Shown piece by piece: positions 26,578-38,935 of a DNA stretch of 64,000 nt (positions are counted from its first letter, which is position 1; every line of letters begins with the position of its first letter). This DNA comes from Neoconidiobolus thromboides FSU 785 (lineage: Eukaryota > Fungi > Entomophthoromycota). Location of the stretch: NCBI GenBank assembly GCA_025603075.1, contig MU626315.1:47840-111839 (forward strand), read 5' to 3'. The position numbers and the translations under genes are program-made. Under the pieces are notes generated by a model, which saw nothing but the letters and a program-made list of their open reading frames with translations, had not been told where the DNA came from and searched no databases.

Positions 26578-26668
26578 GGGGATGTATTTTTAAGAATTTT
26601 ATTAAATTTCTCCACTCAAATAGTGTTTAGAAAATAGAAAAAATAATAAAGCCAAAAAAACATCCCCC
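26578..26668 (-). mobile_element. MITE copy (orientation B, small internal deletion)
   Basis: GGGGATGTATTTTTAAGAATTTT...AAAGCCAAAAAAACATCCCCC; flanks ATAC / ATAT; lies between the convergent SEC53 and UBZ-protein genes. Confidence 0.85.
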
Positions 26669-26947
26669 ATATATTACTCAATAATAACAATAATTAATAG
26701 AAGGAAGATAATTTTCAACTTTAATAATATTCAAAAGTCAAAATAATTGAAATAAGTTGAAATTTCGTTATATTTTCGGGTTTCATTTAATTGTCCATTA
26801 CTCTAAACATTATTGAGTGAAAAGCTTCTCTTCTTACTTCATCAAATTCATTAACAAAAAAAGATATATCTTTTTGAATCTCATTAATACTATTTAAAAA
26901 CAATCTCTTAATTCAGTTAAGCCTAAACATTAATTAAAGTTAATAAA

Positions 26948-27795
26948 CTATAATGAAGTTAAATACCATAATGATTGATGTTGATTATTTATTATTGTTG
27001 CTATTGTATTATTTATATTATATTGTTTAATTTGAATTTTTCTATTATTTTTATCAACTATTGAATCTAACAGTAATCTCTTTTTATTATCTATTTTCCA
27101 TTTATTATCCCAGTACTTTTCTTCAAAATAGCACCTTGCTTTTTTCGGATTCCATAAAATGGATGTTTGATTTAATAAATAATTGATGATAAAGTCCTCT
27201 TCTTTATTACTATTTTTCTTTTTATTATGATATTCAAATAAAGAGATCTTTTTAGCTTTATTGATGAGTGAAATCTCTCTAAAATCCATAAAGTTTACTT
27301 TGGGACTTTGAAATAGTTCATCTTCTGAATTATTATTATTGATTATATCATCTTCTATTTCAAAATTATTATCATATAATAAATTAGCATCAAAGCACTC
27401 ATTTTCATTTAACAAAAATTGATCTTGTATACTCCGCTCCTCACTTGGCTTCCTTTTCTGTTTATAATCTTCTTTAATCACCTCCAACGTTTGAAACAAA
27501 ACTTCATAATCCACTTTGTTTTTTATAGAGCATTGTTTAATATGTTGAAACCTCAATATTGTGTTCTCAACTATAAATTTATTACCAATTTTTAACTGCT
27601 TCCAAAATTTGTTACAAATAAGACAAGTATCTAAAATACTAAGGTAATCATAGTCAGTAGTATCAATTAAATTATTTTTACGTTTATTAGCAAGAGAAGT
27701 GGAAATGGGAGTATTAAGACAATTGTTAATGTGTTTGGATTGGGAAGTTAGATTGAAAAAAGTTAAATTTTTCAAACAAATGGGACAAGTCACAG

Positions 27796-27847
<52 letters not shown>

Positions 27848-28177
27848 TACAAGGATATATTTCTTATTAGCACTAGTAGTATTATCATTACTATTATTCC
27901 CTTCTGTCCTTTTCCTTTTCTTTTTAATCCTATTTAGTAAAGATAAACAAGAACTCATGGATTGATTAATTTTCCTTTCTTTTTCCTCATTAAAATCGAG
28001 TAAACTTAATTCTCTTCGTATACTTTGATCGGAATAACTACTATTGAATGAAAGCGAAGTGCTAAGGCTAGTGCTGTGTTCGCTATTAACGATGGCATTT
28101 GAGGCGGTATTAGTTTTAATATTGTTATTGTTATTGTTATTGTTATTGTTATTGTTATTGTTGATAGTTGAATCCAT
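26948..28177 (-). CDS. Protein with two UBZ4-like zinc fingers and poly-Asn tracts (SLX4/SNM1 N-terminal-like)
   Basis: CPICLKNLTFFNLTSQSKHINNCL and CLICNKFW...RFQHIKQC motifs in a 409-aa intronless ORF. Confidence 0.6.
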
Positions 28178-28739
28178 GGGTATATATAATTAGATTATAA
28201 TTGAATCAATAGTTTTAAGTTCTATTTTTATATAGGGTATTTTTTCGGGATTTTACTTTGAATTGTTGTTAGTTGTATTATGTTATATTCTCTTGAAACT
28301 TCTATTGTTTTGTAATCTTTTTTTAATAGAAATGTAAAATAAAATATTCATTTCATTTTTTAAAATTAGAAAATTACGGCAATTGAAATTGGAACTCAAT
28401 GAATGAATGAATAATTAGTTTAATATTTGAAATAAGATGAAATTGTTTTTTAATTTTTATAGATTTAAGCTTTTATCACATTGATTATAAAATTAAATTG
28501 ATATATAAGATCAACATTATTAATAAAAACAATAGTTATTATTTATCTACTAATATTAATAAAAAAACCAGCTTTTCATTTTAATAATAAATAGAATCAA
28601 ATTAAATTTAATCTACCAATCAAATTTGAAATATCTATTCACCTTAATTATTTTAAAAAATAATTTACCATTTTATTTTATTTTATTTTTATAATTTAAT
28701 ATAACATTAACAATTTGAATCCAGATAAATTTGTATTAT

Positions 28740-29424
28740 ATGCAAAAGCGAACCAGTTCAAGTATCCAACCGAATCTAAGTCATTATTATTCTGTTATAA
28801 AAACACAATCATTTCAATCTACCCAACCTATTCATAATACCAACAACAATACAATACAATCTAATTCAACATCAAATCTTCCTAATCCTTATCAATCTAC
28901 TTTATTACCCTTACCATTTCGTGCATGTGATGAATGCCGGTATCGTAAAGTTAAGTGTCAACGTCAAGATGAATTAATGAATTGTGAATTATGCGTTAAA
29001 AAGGGCTTAAATTGTAAGTTTAATAATCCAGTATTAAAAAGAGGTCCTAAGGTTAATAAAGAAAGGGAGAAAGAAGTAGTAGAAAATGAAAATGTATTCA
29101 AGGAGCGGGATGGAGGGCAAAATAAAAGTAATAAGAGGAGTAAGAAAAAAAATACTGAAAGTGAAAAAAAGTTAGAATTTGGGAATGATAACAGAGTTTA
29201 TTATAATAATAGCAATAATAATAGTAACAATAATAGTAATAACAATAATGAATTTAATTTGTCAAAATTAAAACTTAATAAAAAGATAACAATGAACAGG
29301 TCATTATCAACGAATCTAGAATTATTGAAGCCAATGACATCAATGTCAATGAAGAATGGTAATAATAATAATAATAATTTAAAAACAATGATGAATAGTA
29401 TGAATTTAATAAAACCAATGGCAA

Positions 29425-29489
<65 letters not shown>

Positions 29490-29711
29490 TTCAGTGGATT
29501 TAATAATATTAATAATTATAATAATATATATTTATCTTCAACAAATAATTCAAATACAAATACTATGGATTTAAGGTCAAATAAACCTTGCATTATATCT
29601 ACAATAAAAGAAGATAATTTCGGTAGTTTAAAAATTAGTATTAATTGTAATGGAAATAAAACTGGACATTTCTTAATTTTATCAAAACAATCTCAACAAA
29701 TAGGAAAAGAA

Positions 29712-29771
<60 letters not shown>

Positions 29772-30224
29772 TATCAAGAAATAGCTAGTTTGAATTTAAA
29801 TAATCATCCATTTAATTTCCTAACTACAACAACACTGGAAGACTATCCAATATTAAAAGAAAATTTAAGTAGTCAACAAATCTATATAATATTAGTATAC
29901 TTTGATCGTATAATTCAACAATATCCACCACTTGATATAAATTCCTTTTTAGAACAATTAAAAAATAAAATGAGCATTTCTTTTTTATTCTTATTAAATT
30001 GTTTATCAGCAATAACTTGTCAATGTATGAAAAATATGAATGTAAGGTTTGATTGTACTCAATTTTATTTTAAAGCATTAGAAATTTGGTTCTTTTATTT
30101 TCAAGAGAGAAAGGAAAAGGTAGAAAAGAAAGGGACTGATGATGTTGAAATAAATAATTGGATGTATGGGAAATTGTTGTTAATGTCTTTAAAGCCTAAT
30201 TTAACTACAATACAAAATCAATGA
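28740..30224 (+). CDS. Zn(II)2Cys6 transcription factor with long poly-Asn tracts
   Basis: RACDECRYRKVKCQRQDELMNCELCVKKGLNCKF...KRGPK binuclear cluster; C-terminal YFDRIIQQYPPLDINSFL middle-homology-like segment. First ATG at 28740 (ORF track starts at TTG). Confidence 0.93.
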
Positions 30225-30469
30225 ATCAATTTAGTATTATCATATAATATGAATATTATTGGTTAATTTGAAATTTTAAGTTATCAATTATTTTTGCTTA
30301 TTTTTGAGTATTTTTTTGAACTTACTTAATTTGTTGAAATTCAGATTTGAAATTAATTGAATTTTTTATTAAGAACAATAAATCAAATATTGCAATTTTG
30401 TTTAAATAAATCTATTTTTTTCTCTTTTTTATTTAATTTATTTATTAATTTAATTTTAAGATTTTTAAT

Positions 30470-31099
30470 ATGTAAGTTTATTTAAATTTTATTTTATAAT
30501 AACTGATATTAATATCAATATTAATATTATTAATAATAGGACCCTAATAACTTCAACCTCAACCTCAACCTCAACCTCCATTTCAACATTACCTCGGGAA
30601 GGCAAAGATACAGAAAATGAAGAACAAAAAACGTTATTAATAAAACAACAATTAGATGAAGTGACATTAATAATGCGAGAAAATATCTCTAAAGCTTATA
30701 ATAATTTAGAAATTGTTGAAGAATTAGACAGAAATATTGGTAAGTTAATATCATTTATTTATTATTTTTATAATGATGAAAAAGATATGATTTAGATGTT
30801 GAATATGAGTGAATTTATTAATTTATTTTTATTGTTAGAGGATATTGAAGCGAATTCAACAGACTTTAGAAATACGGCTAAAGAATCTCGATTAAAAACA
30901 TTTATGAAAGAATGGAAATTAAAATTAATAATTGGTGGTAGTATTTTTTTTGTTTTAGCTTGCATTATAAGTAAGTTAAATTGCTCTATATTCTATGTTA
31001 TATGTTATTTATATTAATTTTTAACTAATAGCTGGTTTTACTTTATATGCGGTTCATCATGAATATATTAAAAATGAGAATAATAAAAAAAAAGGTTAA
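30470..31099 (+). CDS. Synaptobrevin/VAMP-like SNARE, four exons
   Basis: IKQQLDEVTLIMRENISKA...IEANSTDFRNTAKESRLKTFMKEWKLKLIIGGSIFFVLACII TM segment; introns at 30472-30539 and near 30740-30838 and 30971-31031. Confidence 0.8.
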
Positions 31100-31149
31100 A
31101 ATTAACTATAAGAATATAATAAAAAAGAATATAAAATTAATATGTTTAT

Positions 31150-32387
31150 TCAAATTGTTCCTTTAATTAAGCAAAAGCCAATATAAGCAGCAATTACTAG
31201 GAGATAAATGGAACTAGGAATATAAAAAATGGTATGAAATTTTTCTATATTACCAACAAAATAAAATAATATAATATTCATCCCAATTAATATACTTTTC
31301 CAATATTTTCCCAGATACTTCTGATAACACTCTGCATAAGAATAATTGATTAAAAACAAACATAAATAACCAAAATAAAATAATTGAAAATTCATTTTAG
31401 ATTGAAATAAACTTGTAGTTGTACTATGTAATATAACTAATAATTCCAATAGAATAAGATTCGAATTATGTTGTTGAGTAAATGAGGTTGAGGTTTGATA
31501 AATTAATATTAATTGATAATAATAGCCAATTAAAAAGGCAATATTGCAACCTATTGGATGATACCAAAAGTTAAGTATACTACCAAAACTACATAAGTAC
31601 GAATGAATTTGGAAAACAAACTAATTAAAAATAACTATGTTAATAGGAACAAGTGGGAAATAGTTATTACCTGTTTAAAATTTAACCAGGAAAGGGTAGT
31701 TGGTTTATAAGACAAAATTAAACCACGTTCATTACTTTTTAATATTACAATAATTATCAGAATTAATGTTACTGAAAATAAAGCTATTATTTCATGTAAA
31801 TCAATAGCTAAACCTAAATAAATATTAATATTAATATTAATATTAATGTTAACTTTATTTTTATTTTATTTATTATTTATTATTTACCATCATAATATTT
31901 AATATTTAAATAAAATTTCATACAAATAAAAAAGAAATTAATAAATTTCATCCGATTATTATAATAATTAATTAATGATTGATTATTTTGTTTATCTTTA
32001 AATTTAGTTAATTTCATTAATTTAAATATAAAGATAAATTGAATTAATTGGTGACTTAGATAACCTAATAAAATAAATTTAATAAATTAATTTATTTTAC
32101 ATTTTGAATAACTAATATTCATTACCTAACCATAAATATCCTCTAATAAACGAATGAGGCGTAACTGATTGCCATGGGTATATTATTTGGCCTTCAATTT
32201 TTCCTAAGATTGGATGACCCTTTTTAAAATAAATATTATAAAATAAATATTATAAAATAAATATTATAAAATATAAATTATAAAATATTAATTAATTTAC
32301 CAAATAATTTAAACTATTTCTCATTGGTGTTAAATTAGTTAAATTAAAATAATGTGATTGAGTATTATCATAAGTAATATAATACAT
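31150..32387 (-). CDS. Uncharacterised multi-pass membrane protein, multi-exon, with an apparent frame disruption near 31620-31640
   Basis: Spliceable exons read MYYITYDNTQSHYF..., GHPILGKIEGQIIYPWQSVTPHSFIRGYLWLG, YLSHQLIQFIFIF..., GLAIDLHEIIALFSVTLILIIIVILK..., then FVFQIHSYLCSFGSILNFWYHPIG... into ORF 31150..31449. Confidence 0.45.
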
Positions 32388-32600
32388 TAATAAAACTATA
32401 ATGAAATTAGATATTAATATTATATTATATTCTTTTGACAACATAATTTTATAAATTTAATTGATAAAAATAAAAAACAACCACTTTTATATTAATTTTT
32501 TTCAACTTTATTTATATCCCTTTTCGGGTAATAGTAAAACTCTGTGAGCACATTAAAAAATTAAGCCTCAAAATTTATTTTCTTGTCTTCAATTCCCTTT

Positions 32601-32993
32601 TCAATATTTCCCATATACTCTATTCAAGTTAAACTTGATTAATTTTTTAGTTAATGTTTGTGCTTGATGAACCAAATCCATTACTTTATCATTAATATCT
32701 TCATATTGCTTATCCTCCTTATCTACAACTAATCTTTGCATACATAATAATTGAATTTCTTGTTTAATTAAACTTAATTTAAATAATAAATGCTGTTCTT
32801 TAGTATCAAATTGATATTGAGAAAGGAGGGTAGAGAGTTTATATTGAGAAGTTTCTAATTCACGCTCTTTAAGGAGATAGTTGATAGGGGTTGGCTGACG
32901 GAGGAGGTGCTCTAAAGCAACAGTGTGATGTAATACTTGATGAAGCAAATCAAGGGTTTGTTGAGTTTGGGAATCTGGATTGAAATTCATCAT
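32601..32993 (-). CDS. Hypothetical helical/coiled-coil protein
   Basis: 130-aa ATG-started ORF with coding-like composition in a very AT-rich background; no family recognised. Confidence 0.55.
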   Translation of the reverse strand: MMNFNPDSQTQQTLDLLHQVLHHTVALEHLLRQPTPINYLLKERELETSQYKLSTLLSQYQFDTKEQHLLFKLSLIKQEIQLLCMQRLVVDKEDKQYEDINDKVMDLVHQAQTLTKKLIKFNLNRVYGKY

Positions 32994-34532
32994 ATTTAGT
33001 TAAACGTAGACGTTTTTTTAATAAAATGTTATAGTGAATGTAGGAAGTTTTATTTATATACTTTTTTTTGATTTTTTTTAAGGGATGAAACCCTTTTTTT
33101 AGCTGTTGACATCATCGCTTTTGGTAAGTGATTAATTGCCTTTATTTTTAAGGGAGTAGTAAAAATAGTTTTAGGCTTTTTTTGGGTAGGCTTAAGTTTA
33201 TTTTGAATTTATTTTATAGTCCTTATTTATTTTATATTTAAATAGTAAACAAAAATAATATATCATTTAAAATTGATGACTACTTTATTTTAAACAATCA
33301 GCTAACCTTATTTGAATTTATAATATTTATTTAAAATAAGATTGATTCAACTATTAAATTTAATATAAACTTTTAAAATAGCTAAAAAAACTGAATATTA
33401 ATAAAATATCTAAATAATTAATTACCAATAATATTGTCACGTTGATGTTAATTCATATTATACCGATTTCTTTTTCTGTTTTATATACAGTAAATCAATT
33501 AACTGATAGTATTGTGTATGTAAATCATAAGGACTTTCAGACTTTTAAGTCCAATGACGTACCAACTGATATGTTGGTATAAGGCAAGGCAAACCAAATG
33601 CCTAATCAAAGTAGTGGAAAATTTTAAACTATTTCTAAATAAGTTTAATATAAATAATATACTTTAGACTAAGTTAACTATACTAATAGAAATAATAAAG
33701 TTAAAAAGCATAAATTCATTTCAGAAAGTAAATAACAAAAACTTTCAATAAAGAGAGATTCCAGAGGAAGAAATTCAATCGCTTATATACTTTCTATAAG
33801 TGTAAAACGCATTAACTTATTACATTGTCTGTTTAAACTTAATGCATATCACCAAAGTTAGTAATAACTTTGATATTAGTCTTCTTCACATCGCTCTCTA
33901 AAATGGATTCGACTCGTAATAAAAACCTTATTTGATTGTAGCATCCAACTTTGGAAAGTAAGGAATTTAATTAATGGTACTAGTAGCAACTAACAAATAA
34001 AAAATACATCTATATAATCAAATGAACTCTTTTTATAAAAAATTGACGGTGAACAAAAGAATTGTTTCTTTCGCATTATTAATAAAACACTATTATAGTA
34101 TATGCTATATTTCAGAGATCTATCGATATGTCTTATACCTTTTTCTTTTATCTCTTAACCTTCTTTTTTTGTTTATTAAATTAGCCATAGGCAAATGTTT
34201 TTTCTAATTCAGTATTTAACTAATAACTATTTGAAATTCTATTCTAATACTCAATTTAGCAAATCAAAATTGAACTTCAAGGATTGTGAAACAGTGCTTA
34301 AATTTAGTTTTTATAATTTAATTTCCTTTGTTTTTTAAGCGTAATTAACAAAAAGGAAACCCTTTAATTCATTATTAATAAGAATTAAAAAAAGTTAGAT
34401 AGGAGAGCAAGCTTGTTTTGATATTAGATAGGTAAGAAAAAAATTTAATTAATCTATTCTTTTTTAAATACTACAATTTACAAAATAGAAACTGATAATT
34501 ATTTGACTAATTGGCTTTCATTTTAATACTCA

Positions 34533-36554
34533 ATGTCAAAAAAATCACTCAAACAAGATAAAAAGCTAATGAATACTCGGTCTCGAGGCTATGAAGCATC
34601 AAGTAGTAAGAGTAAAGCGTTTAGATTCGTACTAGCAACAACTGAACATATTGTCAATGGTGTACCAAAGGTCAATATCCCCGAAGCTTCTACCGTAATA
34701 AACGATGAAAATAAAAATAAATTAATGGAGCTAGTAGAGGATCAAGGAAAATCTGTAATGAAAGCAGCCAAAATATTAAATGTTAATTATGATAGTGCAA
34801 GAGAATTCATTAAACAAGAGAGGTTAAGGATAAGAGAAGCGATAAAAGAAGATAAAATTAAAAAAAAGATACAAGAAAAAATCGATAAAATAAAACAAAA
34901 AGAAATTGAATTGATTAATAACTATCAAACTAATACAAAAATTAATGTTGAAACTAAAAATATATTGATTATGTTAGTAAAGGATAATAAGATATCTATA
35001 AATGATGCTGCTCAAAGGCTATGTATTAATTATGATACTGCAAGGATAATTCTTGATTATGAGAAAAAAAGGCTAGAAAAAGAAACAAAAAAATTAAAAG
35101 CAATTCTACTAGAGGATCAGATAGCTTTACAAGAAGGTAAACAATTGGAAAGTTTTATTCCTCAGCACCATAATACGGTATATAATCAGTTGGATGAACT
35201 TATAACTACAGAAGAAAGGAATAACCAACGTAATGATAATCCAACTTATAGTGATATTAACTATTCTAATAAAATTGATAGTGGGAACAAACCAAATTCA
35301 TTGTTACCTATATACAATCAGAGAAAAAATATGGGAGAGGTGATGAACATGAAAACAGCAACTCTCGAAGGTGACACCAGTTTAAAAGATTTAGTCACTC
35401 AATCTAATGATATAATAAACAGTGAAATTAAAATGAATTTAATAAAATTAGTAAATGAGAAAAAAAAGTCGATAAAAGAAGCAGCAGAAATACTATCGAT
35501 TGATTTCATTGATGCGGTTCATATTATTACTCAAATAAGAAAAGAATTAGAAGGCATAACAAGTGTACAAAGGGACGAAGAAATAAATTTAGAAGAAGGC
35601 TATGGATCGACAAACTTTATTCTAAAAAGTAATAATATAATAATTAATGGGGTCGAAGATAACTTAATTAAGACATTAAATGAACAAGGAAGACCTACAA
35701 AGGAAATAGAAAAACCGCTATTTTTGAATTATAATACTGGAAAGGATAGTACTTCTGAAAAAAGAAAAAGGACGATAGAAGATAATATACAAGAAATACG
35801 GATGCGAAAGCAAGATGAAATGAATATGGAAATAGCGGAATTGATAACAATTCAAATGGAGGAAGAAATAAAGAGACAAATAGCAGAAGGAATAAAAAAG
35901 GGCAATAGCCCTCGAAAACGTATTGAAATAAAAGATGGAACAAAAGCAGAATTGATTCAATTAGTAAGTGAGCAAAAAATGAGCATCAAAGCAGCAGCAG
36001 AGCAATTATCGATTAGTTATAATAGTGCAAAGACTATCGTCTTTCGCGAAAAAGAAAGGATAAAGAAAGAATTAAATGCAAAAAGATCAAAATCACAAAC
36101 ACAAGATGAAATTGATAGTTTAAAAGAAATTAGGTTAGCTAATTTGCAAAGAATTCGTAAAAGAGATGGAGAAGTTTCAGAAAAATTAGTCAAAATAGTA
36201 AGTGAAGGTAAAATGAATATAAGGGAAGCTGCAGAACACTTATCTATTAGTTATAACAGTGCACAGTCTATTATTCGTGATGAAAGATATAGGTTAGTTA
36301 AAATTATAAATACAAAAAAAGCAAGCATAATGGATGGTAATGAAGTAAGTATAGAAGAAATTGATAAATTAAAGAGTATCCCTAAAAAAAATCGTGGTGT
36401 AATAAGTGATAGAGCTAAAGTAGCATTATTTAAATTGGTAAACGAGCAAGGAAAACCCGTGAGGGAAGCAGCTGAATTGTTGAATATCAAATATGGTAGT
36501 GCAATGCAATTGATTCGTAGAAGTAAAAAAAATCAAGTAATAATAAAGATGTAG
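34533..36554 (+). CDS. Protein with six dispersed helix-turn-helix repeats (transposase-type HTH), no catalytic domain seen
   Basis: 673-aa intact ORF with six copies of a K..L..LV.E...S...AA..L.I.Y.SA..I pattern, e.g. NKLMELVEDQGKSVMKAAKILNVNYDSAREFI and AELIQLVSEQKMSIKAAAEQLSISYNSAKTIV. Confidence 0.85.
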   Translation: MSKKSLKQDKKLMNTRSRGYEASSSKSKAFRFVLATTEHIVNGVPKVNIPEASTVINDENKNKLMELVEDQGKSVMKAAKILNVNYDSAREFIKQERLRIREAIKEDKIKKKIQEKIDKIKQKEIELINNYQTNTKINVETKNILIMLVKDNKISINDAAQRLCINYDTARIILDYEKKRLEKETKKLKAILLEDQIALQEGKQLESFIPQHHNTVYNQLDELITTEERNNQRNDNPTYSDINYSNKIDSGNKPNSLLPIYNQRKNMGEVMNMKTATLEGDTSLKDLVTQSNDIINSEIKMNLIKLVNEKKKSIKEAAEILSIDFIDAVHIITQIRKELEGITSVQRDEEINLEEGYGSTNFILKSNNIIINGVEDNLIKTLNEQGRPTKEIEKPLFLNYNTGKDSTSEKRKRTIEDNIQEIRMRKQDEMNMEIAELITIQMEEEIKRQIAEGIKKGNSPRKRIEIKDGTKAELIQLVSEQKMSIKAAAEQLSISYNSAKTIVFREKERIKKELNAKRSKSQTQDEIDSLKEIRLANLQRIRKRDGEVSEKLVKIVSEGKMNIREAAEHLSISYNSAQSIIRDERYRLVKIINTKKASIMDGNEVSIEEIDKLKSIPKKNRGVISDRAKVALFKLVNEQGKPVREAAELLNIKYGSAMQLIRRSKKNQVIIKM

Positions 36555-38935
36555 AAAAGTGAAGATGTAGAAAAATGTAAATGTAAAAAGATAGTAGAAG
36601 TATTAAATGTAAAGGCTTAATTCACAGAAGTGTGTTTAAATAAAAGCGATTGTATGTTATCAAATGAAAAATAAAGCAAACATCAGGTTAAAATATCTCG
36701 TTAGTATCAAGATGACCAAGGATATCTATAATCGATGGATTCAAATTCTTTGGTATTAGTTTAAAAAATATTAAAGTGATAAATAAATCATTTTTTAATG
36801 TGATAATTCAGTTAAATATGAGAATACCTTAATAAAGTAAGTAACTTTAAATATTGAAAAGATTTTAAATAAACCAATGATACATTATAACTAAACACAA
36901 AAGATAATATATTGAATAGTTGTTAGAAATGAAATGATACACTCCTTGAACATAAAAAAGCCACTTGTAGTTGCTTTGTCCTTGAAAAGTAGAATGTTAG
37001 TATTGAAAACTATGATATCTAAATGTTATGTTTTGTTAGATTTATTTGATACGGTGAATTTTGGCGAAAATCCTTATGTTCATTAATAATTAGCTGCTAT
37101 CTTTGATCAATATCAAAATATAACTAGACCTGGTTAATTTCAACTAAATCAAAGATTTACAAAGCCTTATAAGCAAGATGTAAATATCCAGCTTAAGTTA
37201 TCAATTAGAATTTCAATGTTCTATTTTTTATATTGAACTGAACTAAATATTTTATTGGTATCATTTTATCTATAATGCTCTGTTATTATATATATTTACT
37301 TCAGTTATAAAATTCGACACAAATGGTATTATTAAGTGTGTGATTCTAATACTAAGTAATTTAGATTAATATATTATTTTAATAGTGTATAAAAAAGGTT
37401 TTATAAAGCTATAAAATAATTTCAATTAGGTTCTAAATAAAATCATATAAATCAATACCTTGGACAGTATTTTTCTATATAATGATTCATTTTACTTTTT
37501 AATCATTGTCCATTTTTGGGTTTAAAATTTGAAAAATAAGGTGGATTTTAAGCAAAAGAACACTCTCATAAAAATCAACTTTACTTTTTGTTCACACACA
37601 TTCGTTTAAAAGTGGTCCTACTTTTAAATTACCTTGTAAAAATCTTTTATTAAATATCAACCTATGACTCTTTAATGATGATAAAGTACACTAATGGATT
37701 GAATAAAAAATCAAATTAATATAATCTTTAAACATTTTCTATTAATATCACTATATAATACATATCAACAGCGCAAAAAGAAAGTAAGAATAGTTACAAT
37801 TATTTCTATCTTAAAAGGGAAGGAGATGGATGGGTTTGTTGAAAACTTGTGCGCTATTAAGAATGCGAATATCAATAATATAAGGCTTGAAGAATTTTCA
37901 ATGCAACCATATTATATAAACTTATTCTATCATTTATAATCTATTTTTAAATATTATAATGTAATAAAAAATATAAGAAATAAAATGTTATAAACATCAT
38001 TGATAACTTTTTGAATTTTTCGTAATTAATCAATTATTATATTATAATCAAATTTTACAACTAAATAAATAATGTTAAAAAAGATTTATTTGCTTAAAAA
38101 ATTAAAATATATTATATCAAATAAACTAATAAAATCATTTATCTTTAAAGAATCAACATATTGGTAATATTATAAAAATAGTCAATATTTTCACATTGAC
38201 CTGAGTATACGATACGTTGATGAGTCAAGCTGAAAAAAAGATATCATCGAAAAAATTTAGTCATATATACAATCATAAATCGAATCTAGAATTCAAATTT
38301 TTTCTGTATTACAAGCTAATACAAATATTAATTCTTTAAATACTGGGAGTTGGATATTGAGGATAAGTTGTAATTAAAGATTTTTCTATTATTAAATTTT
38401 TCGGATAGTTATTTTAGTTATAGAATTATTATAATAAGTTCGTCATAAACGAATATTCTGAGCGGAGATGGATACAAATAGATATAAGCTTTTTTGGCAT
38501 AATACTTTTATGTATTGAATAATTATGTATGTGCTAATTATAGATATAATTACTATGCAAAATTTTAACAAAGTTTATTTAAAGGAATTTGATCAATGTT
38601 CTACACCTGCTAATTAAAGCTTTAAAGAATAAGATTTATTATTTATAAGTACTTCAATAGTCGTTGATATTCATAAGTATTACTAATAGCTTATTTTTTT
38701 TAGTTTAAAACCTTTAATAAAATCAATGCTAAGCAGTCTTTAAGCTTATTTTCTATAAGCACTTTAGCTATATTTTCGATTCTAGTTTTGATAAATTTTA
38801 TCAAACTACAATTAACTAAACCAAACCACCGCCAATCAAGCCACCCAATCAATTTCCTAGAATTGAATAGTTGATTTTTAAACAAAGTCTAAGCAATTAA
38901 TATTTTTAAATTTTTTATTTAAAAACTAATAAGAG

